Assembly: GCA_016874675.1 (NCBI GenBank)
Contig: VGTL01000002.1
Span: 9,021 to 73,020, forward strand
Length of the DNA stretch: 64,000 bases
Reading direction: 5' to 3'
Source of the DNA: Methanobacteriota archaeon
Lineage (GTDB): Archaea > Thermoplasmatota > DTKX01 > VGTL01
The notes beneath the pieces were generated by a model. It saw nothing but the letters and a program-made list of their open reading frames with translations. It made no database searches and was not told the origin of the DNA. A program made the translations under genes and the position numbers. Below, in pieces: positions 21,465-29,746 of this stretch. How positions within the stretch are numbered: the stretch's first letter is position 1; each line of letters opens with the position of its first letter.

Positions 21465-22129
21465 TTGCCTTCCTCCTTCGCATGGGATTGCTTGTGACCG
21501 GGCTTCGGCGCCTCCTTGTGCTCCGCCTTGGGCGCCTCCTTGGGCCCAATCCTCGAAGACTTCGCCTTTTCCTCCTCGGCCCGGGCCTTATCCTCCTCCG
21601 CCTCCGCCCCCGCCTCCCCTTCGGCCTTCTCCTTTTCCGCCTCCGCCCCCTCCTCCCCTTCGGCCTCGTCCTCCCCCTCGACGGCCTCCCCTTCCTCCTC
21701 CAGCTCCTCCTCGGTCCCCTTCTCCTCCTTCTCCTCCCTGTCCTCCTTCGCCCCGCGGGAGGGGGCCTTGAACTGCTGGAGCTTCTCGCGCCTCCAGGGG
21801 TCCGAGAGGTCGAGCTTCGTGATTATCACCTTGGACGGACGGAAGAGGCGCGCCACCTTCTTGTTGTCCGCCTTCGTCAGGGTGGCCTCCTCTATCGAGA
21901 TCATCCCCCGGCGGGGCACGACCTTGATGACCTTGGCGGTGTGCCCCTTGAACACGCCGCGCACGACCTTCACGGTGTCGCCCTTGCGCACCGTCACCGA
22001 ACGGACGCGGCTGTACTCCTTGAGCAGCTCGTCGCTGAGGTGCGCCGCCATAGCCCGTCCCCGGTCGTGGGCGTTCATGTTGTAGCGGGCCAGTCTCTGC
22101 TTCCTGGGTTGGCTGGAGTAAGACCTCAT
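21461..22129 (-). CDS. rpl24: 50S ribosomal protein L24 with long acidic C-terminal tail
   Basis: SSQPRKQR, VRKGDTVKVVRG (KOW), ITKLDLSD. Confidence 0.94.
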   Translation of the reverse strand: MRSYSSQPRKQRLARYNMNAHDRGRAMAAHLSDELLKEYSRVRSVTVRKGDTVKVVRGVFKGHTAKVIKVVPRRGMISIEEATLTKADNKKVARLFRPSKVIITKLDLSDPWRREKLQQFKAPSRGAKEDREEKEEKGTEEELEEEGEAVEGEDEAEGEEGAEAEKEKAEGEAGAEAEEDKARAEEEKAKSSRIGPKEAPKAEHKEAPKPGHKQSHAKEEGK

Positions 22130-22139
22130 CGTCCTCACC

Positions 22140-22538
22140 TCAGACTATCATCGCGGCCTTGGCCGCCACCATCGCCCACCGCTCGGCCGCCTCGCGCGCC
22201 ACCGGGCCCTTGATGTCCGAGCCCTTGACCTCGCCCGTCTCCGTCACTATTATCGCGGCGTTGTCCTCGAACTCCACCATCGTCCCGTCTGGCCGCCGGA
22301 AGGGCCGGCGCTGGCGGATCACCACCGCGCGCACGACCTGCTTGCGCATCTCGGGGGTGCCCTTCTTCACCGCGACCACGATGACATCGGCCACCCCGGC
22401 CGCGGGATACCGCCGGTGAACGCCGTGGAGCTTGGGGACGTCGATTATCTGGACCACCTTCGCGCCGGTGTTGTCGACGCAGTCGAGGCGGGCTCCCTTG
22501 GGCAACCCCCTCGTGACATTCGCTGGAACCGCCTTCAA
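22140..22538 (-). CDS. rpl14: 50S ribosomal protein L14
   Basis: CVDNTGAK, VKKGTPEMRKQ, FEDNAA, IKGPVAREAA. Confidence 0.96.
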   Translation of the reverse strand: MKAVPANVTRGLPKGARLDCVDNTGAKVVQIIDVPKLHGVHRRYPAAGVADVIVVAVKKGTPEMRKQVVRAVVIRQRRPFRRPDGTMVEFEDNAAIIVTETGEVKGSDIKGPVAREAAERWAMVAAKAAMIV

Positions 22539-22550
22539 CGCCCATCCCTC

Positions 22551-23102
22551 CTATTCGGCCCTCTCCTTCCGCTCGGAGTGCTTGCTCACTATCGTGAACG
22601 CCACGGTCTTGCTCAGGGGCCGGCACTCCATGACGGTCACCCTGTCCCCCGTCCGGGCCCCGATGCAGGGCGGGCTGTGCACGGACATGCGGCTGGTGCG
22701 CTTGAGGTAGCGCTCGTACTTGGGGACGTAGACCAGCCTCTCCCGCCTTATGACGGCGCTCTTGTCCATCCCGTCGGAGACCACCTCGCCCTCGAATATC
22801 TGGCCCCGGACGGGGAGCCTCCCGTGGAAGGGGCAGTTTCGGTCGGTGCAGGCCTTCGCCGGCGGCCTGACGTCTATCCCGATGTTGGTCTTGCCGACCG
22901 GCTTGGGCCTGGCCGCCTTGGGGGCGGGCGCCTTCTTCCTGGACGCGGCATTCGGCGCGGCCGCCTTGGCCGCCCGGTGCTCCCTGGCCGGCTCGTGCTC
23001 GGCCGTCCGGTGCTCCTTTTGGGCCTCCTTGTCATGCGCCGGCCTGTGCGGCCTCGCTTCCTTGTCGACCGGCTTCTTGACAGTCTCGTTCTCTTCAGCC
23101 AT
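22551..23102 (-). CDS. rps17: 30S ribosomal protein S17 with N-terminal extension
   Basis: C.D.NCPFHG.L.VRG, PKYERY, ECRPLSKT. Confidence 0.94.
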   Translation of the reverse strand: MAEENETVKKPVDKEARPHRPAHDKEAQKEHRTAEHEPAREHRAAKAAAPNAASRKKAPAPKAARPKPVGKTNIGIDVRPPAKACTDRNCPFHGRLPVRGQIFEGEVVSDGMDKSAVIRRERLVYVPKYERYLKRTSRMSVHSPPCIGARTGDRVTVMECRPLSKTVAFTIVSKHSERKERAE

Positions 23103-23110
23103 TTTCCCAC

Positions 23111-23386
23111 TCACCTGCATCTCTTTACACGGTCCTCGGGCCTGAACGCGATAAAGCTCCCCTCGAGCTCCGCGAATGTCCCGTTGGGGAGGGCGAACCT
23201 GAAGGCGCAGCCTGCCTTGGGCACCCGGATGGCCCGCCGGCCATCGGCGCGCTCTAGCACCAGGGTGTTGCGGGTCTCGTCGACCACCCGCCCCTCGACG
23301 CCCTCGACCGAGGGGTCGGGGCTCCGGGACACCCTGACCGAAAGCCCGATGAGCTCGTGCCTGGCCAGATTGCCTTGCGTCCTCAT
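23111..23386 (-). CDS. rnp1: Ribonuclease P protein subunit Rpp29/Pop4
   Basis: HELIGL, G.EGRVVDETRN, RPEDR; canonical position. Confidence 0.92.
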   Translation of the reverse strand: MRTQGNLARHELIGLSVRVSRSPDPSVEGVEGRVVDETRNTLVLERADGRRAIRVPKAGCAFRFALPNGTFAELEGSFIAFRPEDRVKRCR

Positions 23387-23453
23387 GCCGTCTCCTCCCC
23401 TGCTGTCCGTCCGCGTGGTCCCGGCCGCCCGCCCGGGCGGCCCGCCCGGCCGC

Positions 23454-23753
23454 CTACGAGACCGATATCGGAAAACCGAGCTCCTGGAGGACCGCCTCCA
23501 CCTTGCGCTTGTGGTCCCCCTGCAGCTCGATCTTGCCGTCCTTCACGGTCCCTCCCGCGGCGCACTTGGTCTTCAGCTGGCGGGCGAGGTCGTCGATGTC
23601 GATGTCGGAGGCGTCGATGCCCTCGACGATCGTCACTATCTTCCCGTAGCGGCGCTTGGCGGTGGTGATGCGTATCTCCTGCTGCTCCCGGGCTATCTCC
23701 TCGCACGCGCATATCTCCTTGGGCAACCCGCACGTCGGACAGATTCCAGCCAT
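23454..23753 (-). CDS. sui1: Translation initiation factor SUI1/aIF1
   Basis: [37 protein letters not shown]. Confidence 0.94.
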   Translation of the reverse strand: MAGICPTCGLPKEICACEEIAREQQEIRITTAKRRYGKIVTIVEGIDASDIDIDDLARQLKTKCAAGGTVKDGKIELQGDHKRKVEAVLQELGFPISVS

Positions 23754-23779
23754 GTCTGCTCACATCCTCCTTTCCCCTA

Positions 23780-23989
23780 CTAGGACTTTTCGCCCTTCTC
23801 CTTCATTACAGTCAGCACTCGCGCGACCGCGGTGCGCATCGCCCGGATCTTGCCGGGGCTCGGGGGCGCGCCGCCCATCGCGGCCTGCCCGCGGGCGTGC
23901 ATGAGCTCGTCGCGGGTCTCCTTGAGCTTCACCTTCCGCTCCTCGGGGCTCATCTCCCGGATGGCCCTGATGTTCATCGGCGAGACCAT
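23780..23989 (-). CDS. rpl29: 50S ribosomal protein L29
   Basis: IREMSPEER..L.E...EL, PGKIRAMR..VARVLT. Confidence 0.92.
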   Translation of the reverse strand: MVSPMNIRAIREMSPEERKVKLKETRDELMHARGQAAMGGAPPSPGKIRAMRTAVARVLTVMKEKGEKS

Positions 23990-23995
23990 CTCCAA

Positions 23996-24781
23996 TCACG
24001 CCCCCTGACCATCGGCGCCCTTCTTCGCGGCCGGCGGGGGCGCCTCGGGCTTCTGCGGCTGCTGCACCTGGTCGGGCTTCCTTTCGGATGCCGGCGGCTC
24101 CGGCGGCCTTCCCGCCGGCTGCGTCTCCGGCCTCCCGGGCGCGGGCGCGCCCGGCGCCGGCTGGGCCTGCGCCCCCTCGGCCCCCGCCTGCTCCTTTATC
24201 CTTATCTCGTCGGGAAGCCGGGCGTCCGGCCACATTATCTGGACCTTTATGCCGATTATCCCGGGCTTCTTCTTGGCGACGGCGAACCCGGTCTTCATGA
24301 AGAGCTGCTTGGGCTCCCCGCAGTACTTGATGTGTCCCTCCCGGAACTTCTCGGTCCGGTGCCTCTCGCCGGTGAGCTTCCCCGAGATTATGACCTGGCA
24401 GCCGCGGGCCCCCGCCTCCATTATCCTTCTCACGGTGGAGTGCCCGGCCCGCCGGAAGTGCCAGCCCCGCTCTATGGCCGAGGCGAGCTTCTGGGCCATG
24501 ATGTGGGGGTTGAGGTTGGGGTCGCGGTCCTCCTGGACCTCTATCTGGGGATTGTCGAACTTGAACCGGTTCTCGACGACTTCGGTGAGGTCCTTGATGC
24601 TGGCCCCGCGCTGGCCGATTATCATGCCGGGGCGCTCGGCCACCAGCGTGATGCGGGTGCCCATGGGGGTCCTCTGGATGTCCAGGCCGCCGAATCCCGC
24701 CTTCTCGGTCTCCTTCATTATGTACTCCTTGAGCAGGACCCTCCGGATGTTCTCGGTGACGAGCTTGCGTTCTGCGACCAT
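23996..24781 (-). CDS. rps3: 30S ribosomal protein S3 with Pro/Gln-rich tail
   Basis: AGFGG..I.RTPMGT, RPGMIIG (KH), WHFRRAG, ISGKLTG.R. Confidence 0.96.
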   Translation of the reverse strand: MVAERKLVTENIRRVLLKEYIMKETEKAGFGGLDIQRTPMGTRITLVAERPGMIIGQRGASIKDLTEVVENRFKFDNPQIEVQEDRDPNLNPHIMAQKLASAIERGWHFRRAGHSTVRRIMEAGARGCQVIISGKLTGERHRTEKFREGHIKYCGEPKQLFMKTGFAVAKKKPGIIGIKVQIMWPDARLPDEIRIKEQAGAEGAQAQPAPGAPAPGRPETQPAGRPPEPPASERKPDQVQQPQKPEAPPPAAKKGADGQGA

Positions 24782-24782
24782 C

Positions 24783-25244
24783 CTATTCCTCCAGCTTCTC
24801 CAGTACTATCTCGACGTTGACCGTCTGGCGGTCCTTCTGGGTCCAGCGCCCGTGGGCCCGGGGCATCCTCTGGTGCCAGGTCCGCCCGTGGTGGGCGGCG
24901 GCCACCGCCACCCGGAGCGCCTCCGTGTCGAAGCCCTTGTACTCGGCGTTGCTCTCGGCGTCGGTGAGAACGTAGAGGACGTGCTTGGCCACCTTCCGGG
25001 GGAACCTCCCCGGGCCGACGCCGCCCTTCTGGTGGACGATCTGGTAAAGGTGGCGCCTGTACGGCACCGCCACCTTCCCGGCGATGACGCCCTCGAGCAG
25101 GCTGCGGGCCTTCTCTATCGGCAGCCCCCTTATCGCCCGGCAGACCTCCACGGCGCCCTTGGGCGAGATGGGCATCTCCTTGCCTATCGACCGGGCGGTC
25201 TTCTCCGGGTCGGTCTGGACCGTGTATCCGGCGTGCTTTGCCAT
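24783..25244 (-). CDS. rpl22: 50S ribosomal protein L22
   Basis: ISPK..VEVCRAIRG, GRFPRK, SNAEYKG, PRAHGR. Confidence 0.95.
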   Translation of the reverse strand: MAKHAGYTVQTDPEKTARSIGKEMPISPKGAVEVCRAIRGLPIEKARSLLEGVIAGKVAVPYRRHLYQIVHQKGGVGPGRFPRKVAKHVLYVLTDAESNAEYKGFDTEALRVAVAAAHHGRTWHQRMPRAHGRWTQKDRQTVNVEIVLEKLEE

Positions 25245-25350
25245 CCTTGCACCCTCCTTCCTCTTCTCCCCTTCCCGTCCTTCCCTCTCTCCCCTTTCCT
25301 TTCTTCCTTCTTCCCCGCACCCTGCGCCCTGCGCCCCGCACCCCGCGCGC
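25245..25350. repeat. Heptamer array (CCCTGCG/CCCCGCA) plus polypyrimidine tract between rps19 and rpl22
   Basis: CCCCGCA CCCTGCG CCCTGCG CCCCGCA at ~25312-25347, preceded by a C/T-rich tract. Confidence 0.7.
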
Positions 25351-25815
25351 TCACTTGAGCGGCATGAACTTGGACGACCTCGTGGCGCCCACGCCGGGCC
25401 CGGCGTGCTTCATGAACCTGCGGGTCAGGGCGAACTCCCCAAGGTAGTGCCCGATCATCTCGGGGATTATCTCGACGATCTTGAAATCGTTGCCCTTGTG
25501 GACGCCGATTCTTTTGCCGACGAGCTCCGGGAGCACTATCACATCGCGGCAGTGCGTCTCGACCACCTCGCGGCCGCCCTTGCGGACGGCCTCCCAGAAC
25601 TTGCGGGCGTCCTCGCTGGGGCCGCGGCGCAGGCAGCGGCGCGCCCGGGCGGTGAGCAGGGGCGCAAGCTCCTCGAGCGGCATCGCCCGGAGCTCCTCGA
25701 GCGTGTAGCCGCGGTAGGTGAACTCCTTCTTCCTGCGGCCCAGGAGCTTGCCGACCTTCTTCCGGGCCCTCCTGCGGCTCGCCTTCCCCGAGCCTGCGAA
25801 CTTCTCGTCAGCCAT
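25351..25815 (-). CDS. rps19: 30S ribosomal protein S19
   Basis: FTYRGYTLEEL, THCRD, PEMIGHYLGEF, GATRSSKF.PLK. Confidence 0.96.
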   Translation of the reverse strand: MADEKFAGSGKASRRRARKKVGKLLGRRKKEFTYRGYTLEELRAMPLEELAPLLTARARRCLRRGPSEDARKFWEAVRKGGREVVETHCRDVIVLPELVGKRIGVHKGNDFKIVEIIPEMIGHYLGEFALTRRFMKHAGPGVGATRSSKFMPLK

Positions 25816-25825
25816 GGTGGACACC

Positions 25826-26536
25826 TCACCTCTTCCTCTTCTTCCGCTGCGGGCTCAGCCGGCCGACCTTCTGGCCGGGCCACGAGCCGCGCCCGACGGT
25901 CGAGGGCCTCCCGACATGCGGGTGGCCGCCGCCTCCGTGCGGGTGGTCGATCGGGTTCTTCGAAAGCCCCTTCACGTTGGGGAATATGACCGCCGTGGAG
26001 CGGAGGGCCCAGAACTTCTTGCCGGCCTTCGCGAACGGCTTCTCCTTCCGGCCGCCACCGGCGGTGAAGCCGACCGTGGCCCGGCAGAGCGGGCTGAGGG
26101 CCTTGAACGCCCCCGAGGGGAGCTGCACCACGGTCAGCCGGCCCTGGCTGGTGATCGTGGCGCCCACGCCGCCGGCACGGGCGAACTTGCCCCCGTCCCC
26201 CGGCCTGGCCTCGACGTTGTGGACCTGGACGCCGACCGGTATCCTCCCGACGGGCAGGGTGTTGCCCACCTCCACGGGGGCGTCGGAGCCGACGCGGACC
26301 TGCTGGCCCACCTGGACGCTGTCGGGCGCTATGACCAGCGCCTCGGCCGTCCTGCCCCGGTCCTCGAAGACGACGCGCGCAAGGGGCGTCGTGCGGCCGC
26401 GGGCGTGGAAGAGCTCCTCGACCGTCCCGGTGCAGCTTGCGGAGGGTATGTGCCGGATGTCGCCCCTGTGCTGGTGGCCCGGCGAGCCGTACACGCCGCC
26501 CTTGCCCCTCCTTCGGACTATGATGCGCTTCCCCAT
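25826..26536 (-). CDS. rpl2: 50S ribosomal protein L2
   Basis: MGKRI..RRG, PGDGGKFARAGG, HPHGGG, PGQKVG. Confidence 0.96.
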   Translation of the reverse strand: MGKRIIVRRRGKGGVYGSPGHQHRGDIRHIPSASCTGTVEELFHARGRTTPLARVVFEDRGRTAEALVIAPDSVQVGQQVRVGSDAPVEVGNTLPVGRIPVGVQVHNVEARPGDGGKFARAGGVGATITSQGRLTVVQLPSGAFKALSPLCRATVGFTAGGGRKEKPFAKAGKKFWALRSTAVIFPNVKGLSKNPIDHPHGGGGHPHVGRPSTVGRGSWPGQKVGRLSPQRKKRKR

Positions 26537-26547
26537 ATCCGGTCCCC

Positions 26548-26811
26548 CTAGAACACCCCTATCCTCATGCCGAGGTCCTCGGCCGAGTAGTCCTTCGTGA
26601 GTTTGACTATGGCGTGCTTTCCCTCCGAGTTTATGAACGTGTTGACGGACTGCACCTTGACCTCGAAGAGGGCTTCGACCGCGAGCTTCACGTCCTTCTT
26701 GTTGGCCCGCCGGTCGACGATGAACTCGAGCTTGTTCTGCTCGGACATGAGGTTCATGGTCTTTTCCGTGACGTGCGGGTGGTAGACCACCGTGTACGGG
26801 TCCTTGCTCAT
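26548..26811 (-). CDS. rpl23: 50S ribosomal protein L23
   Basis: P.VTEK, NKLEFIVD..ANK, FEVKV.SVNT, KHAIVKL. Confidence 0.94.
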   Translation of the reverse strand: MSKDPYTVVYHPHVTEKTMNLMSEQNKLEFIVDRRANKKDVKLAVEALFEVKVQSVNTFINSEGKHAIVKLTKDYSAEDLGMRIGVF

Positions 26812-27626
26812 GATCTCCACCTCCGCAGCTCCTCGATGGCGCTCTCGGTGAAGACCGAGAGCCTCCCCGGGTCGCCGCCGGGGGCCAAAAGCTCGGTGTT
26901 GAGCTGGCGCGGCGTGACGATGTCCACGCCGGCCAGGTTGCGCGCGCCCTTCTCCACGCCGTCCTTGCGCGAGACCACTATGAGCACGCTGCGGGGCGAG
27001 CGGAACCGGCGGCCGCGAATCTTGCCCACCCCGGCGCGCACATGCTTGCCCCTCCAGGCCCGGGCGATGTCGTCGTACACCCCGACCTTCTGCAGGACCT
27101 CGATGACGTCGCGGGTGGCGTCCACCTTCTCGAAATCGTCCTCGAGGACCACCGGGAGCGTCAGCCCCTCCTTGAAGCGGTGGCCCCGGCGGGCGACGAG
27201 ATCGGCGCGGACGCAGGCGCCCAGCGCCGAGGCCCGGGCGCCCAGCCTCTCCTTGTGGTTGATCTTTTTCTCCCAGACCCTCTCGGGGCGGGGCGGGTTG
27301 GCCGGGCGGCCGCCCACCGTGCAGGGCGCCTGGGCGCCCCGGGACTGGCCCTTGAGGCGCGTGACGCGGCTTGCGCCCCGTCCCTTGCCCCACCACTCGA
27401 CGCTGTGCCTCATCCCGGCGCGCTCGTTCGGGCCGTAGGGCTGGCGGCGGCCCGCCCGGATGGCCAAAACGTCCCTCCGGATGAGGTCCTGGCGGAGCGG
27501 GCTGGAGAAGACCTCCGGGAGGTCGACCGTGCGGGATTTCTCGCCCTTCATCGTGTAGATGTTGACGCTCGCGCCACCGTGCCCCGGCTTCGGGCGGGCT
27601 TCCCTGGCATGCTCCTTTTCAGCCAT
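26808..27626 (-). CDS. rpl4: 50S ribosomal protein L4
   Basis: RRQPYG, WGKGRG.SRV.R, GGRPANPP, LAPGG.PGRL. Confidence 0.95.
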   Translation of the reverse strand: MAEKEHAREARPKPGHGGASVNIYTMKGEKSRTVDLPEVFSSPLRQDLIRRDVLAIRAGRRQPYGPNERAGMRHSVEWWGKGRGASRVTRLKGQSRGAQAPCTVGGRPANPPRPERVWEKKINHKERLGARASALGACVRADLVARRGHRFKEGLTLPVVLEDDFEKVDATRDVIEVLQKVGVYDDIARAWRGKHVRAGVGKIRGRRFRSPRSVLIVVSRKDGVEKGARNLAGVDIVTPRQLNTELLAPGGDPGRLSVFTESAIEELRRWRS

Positions 27627-27639
27627 TCCCCATACCCCC

Positions 27640-28863
27640 TCACGCACCCTGCTTCGACTCCTTCGAGATGTAGAGCACCTCGGTCTTCTCGGTTTCGGGG
27701 CCCTGCCACCGGATGGCGTCGCGCAGCTTGATGAGCCGCTTGGCGGGCCCGGGCACGGACCCCTGGATGAGGACGTAGCCGTTGCGGACACTGCCGTAGC
27801 CCAGGAAGCCGCCGGCGGGCGTCACCTCCTCGCCCCTGTCGCCGACCTTGAGGATGCGCTTGTTGAACTCGGTCCTCTGGTGCAGGCCCAGCTGCCCCGA
27901 CTGGGGGACCGTGCGCTGCACGTAGCTCGGGAAGTGCGGGCCCAGCGTGCCTATCATTCGCCGGTGCTTGCTGTTCTTGTGCGAGAGCAGCTTGGGGTGC
28001 CATTTCTTTATCGTGCCGGAGAAGCCCTTGCCCTTCGTCACCCCGGCAACGTCCACCATGAGCCCGTCCTCGGCGAACTGCTCTACCTTGAGCTCCTTTC
28101 CCAGGAGGCCCTTCGCGAACTCGACGCGCTGGTCGACGGTCCCGCCGCCGATCCGGACCTCCATCAGGTCGGGGACCTTCTTGGGCACGCCCGAGACGAG
28201 ATGCGGCTGGGTGTGCACCAGAAGCCTCACATCCTCGATCGCGGCCCGGTCCAGCTTCTTGAACCTCTCGATTGTCCCGCCTGAAAGCGACTCTTCGTGC
28301 TTCCTCTTCTTGCCCTTCCCTTCCTTGTCGCCCTTCTCTCCCTTGCCGCCCTTCTCCTCCGCCTCCGTCTCCGCCCTCTCCGCCTCCTCCCCCTTTCTGC
28401 CTTCCGTAGACGAGCTTCGCTCGTCTCGGCCTAAAAGACCGGCCCGCCGGTCTTTCAAGGTCTGCCTTTCTCCCTTCCTGCCCTCGTCCTTCCCCGCCCC
28501 CTCCGTATCGACGGTGAGCAGCCGCCCCAGGTGCTTCTCCAGCCGGTCGGCCCATATCTCGGTCGAGGTCTTCAGGCCGTAGGGAGAGCCCGAGTAGAAG
28601 CGGACCGCAACGGCCCGCATCGGCGGCACCTCGAGGACCGTCACCGGCGATTGAATCTCCTGGTCGGCGGTGGGGCTGTTCTTGTTCGGGTCGCGGACGA
28701 TGGCGTGGGTCATGCCCGCCTTGTAGCCGGCGAAGCCCTGCAGGCGCGGCGGCTGGGAGGCCCCGCGCTCGGGCCAGGCGTTGAAGTGGGCCCGGTGGCT
28801 CTGTATCCTCTTTCGGGGCCAGTAGCCCCTCGATCCGCGCTTCGGATGGCTCTTCTGCGCCAT
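27640..28863 (-). CDS. rpl3: 50S ribosomal protein L3 with ~70-aa internal insertion
   Basis: P.RGS.GYWPRKR, GFAGYKAGMTH, TKGKGF.G, GQLGLHQRTEFNK, GSVPGPAKR; AAGGAGG RBS before ATG 28863. Confidence 0.96.
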   Translation of the reverse strand: MAQKSHPKRGSRGYWPRKRIQSHRAHFNAWPERGASQPPRLQGFAGYKAGMTHAIVRDPNKNSPTADQEIQSPVTVLEVPPMRAVAVRFYSGSPYGLKTSTEIWADRLEKHLGRLLTVDTEGAGKDEGRKGERQTLKDRRAGLLGRDERSSSTEGRKGEEAERAETEAEEKGGKGEKGDKEGKGKKRKHEESLSGGTIERFKKLDRAAIEDVRLLVHTQPHLVSGVPKKVPDLMEVRIGGGTVDQRVEFAKGLLGKELKVEQFAEDGLMVDVAGVTKGKGFSGTIKKWHPKLLSHKNSKHRRMIGTLGPHFPSYVQRTVPQSGQLGLHQRTEFNKRILKVGDRGEEVTPAGGFLGYGSVRNGYVLIQGSVPGPAKRLIKLRDAIRWQGPETEKTEVLYISKESKQGA

Positions 28864-28869
28864 GTCGTT

Positions 28870-29170
28870 TCCTCCTTTGCCGTGAGCGGGCGCGCTTTTC
28901 GGAGCTTTTGGCGCCAGCCGCCTGGGCAAGCGCTCTCCGGCCTGCGTAGGCCCGCCTCGAACTGCTCCGCGGGGGTTCACGGGTCCGGCCGCGTGCGCCT
29001 GTGGCGCCGGGGACCGTCGGTCCGCCGCGGCACTTTGCGACACAAACCGTAACGCTTAGCGCCGCGGCCATAACGGGTGGCCGCCGCGCCACAGGGGTAA
29101 TTTCCGGTTAACCCTTTGGCGTTGGGTTTGCGCCCCGCCTTGCATTTCGCTCCCCGGCTTTTCCGGGGAA
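28870..29170 (-). ncRNA. Candidate structured 5' leader RNA of the rpl3 operon
   Basis: Nested long-range stems: 28998-29007/29086-29095 (10 bp), 28880-28885/28977-28982, 28900-28905/28964-28969, plus several hairpins. Confidence 0.5.
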
Positions 29171-29189
29171 CGGTCGATAGAAGTTCCCC

Positions 29190-29197
29190 TATATAAA
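29190..29197 (-). promoter_or_regulatory. Probable TATA box of the ribosomal protein superoperon
   Basis: TTTATATA on the minus strand ~330 nt upstream of rpl3. Confidence 0.6.
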
Positions 29198-29213
29198 CTA
29201 TACTATGTAATAA

Positions 29214-29272
29214 GAAGGCAGGAAGGGAGAAAGGCAGCAAGGCAGCAAGGGGCGGTGGCGCAGGGCGCAAGC
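29214..29272 (+). repeat. Purine arm: octamers followed by heptamers
   Basis: AAGGCAGG AAGGGAGA AAGGCAGC AAGGCAGC ... GGCGCAG GGCGCAA. Confidence 0.75.
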
Positions 29273-29415
29273 GACCATAATAATGGTCATGACCACAGAG
29301 CCGAAATATACAACGTCCGACCGGATACGATTCCGGTGAAGAAAATGTCCATCAGCCCGATCCCAATCCCGTCCCACCGAACAAGTTTTATACCCGACGC
29401 ACGAATGAAGACCCG

Positions 29416-29733
29416 ATGCCCCGAAGGGGTCGTCCCATGCTGAGCCCCGGCGGTCAGCCCGCCTGGGCCGCACGCCTGCTTCAAGAAGTCGACCTCGGCG
29501 AGATAGCGGGCGACATAGAGCGCTTCGGGCGCGATGACCGCTGGCTCCGGGAGAAATTGGGCCTTTTGCGGAAGGATTTCCCGGGAATGTTCATCGCCGT
29601 CCATGAGAGGAGGGTGGTCGCCTCCGGGAGGACCCTGCTGGAGGTCCGGCGGAAACTGGTCTCAGCCGGAATGGACCCCCGAAGGTGCGTCATCAGGCTC
29701 GTCCTGGCCGTAGAGCCCGACTGGATGTTGTAG
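29416..29733 (+). CDS. DUF5678-like small protein
   Basis: WL......LRKDFPGMFIAVHERRVVASG.TL.EV pattern; start may be 29437. Confidence 0.7.
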   Translation: MPRRGRPMLSPGGQPAWAARLLQEVDLGEIAGDIERFGRDDRWLREKLGLLRKDFPGMFIAVHERRVVASGRTLLEVRRKLVSAGMDPRRCVIRLVLAVEPDWML

Positions 29734-29746
29734 GGGGAGCGGCCGC

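Noticed and set aside
28870-29170. SRP RNA or RNase P RNA (similar size)
   Set aside because: I found no SRP helix-8 motif and no RNase P P4 (GAGGAAAGTCC-type) signature on either strand.
29287-29352. Minus-strand peptide MDIFFTGIVSGRTLYISALWS faintly resembling the protease N-terminus
   Set aside because: Too short and too weak to call a gene remnant by eye.
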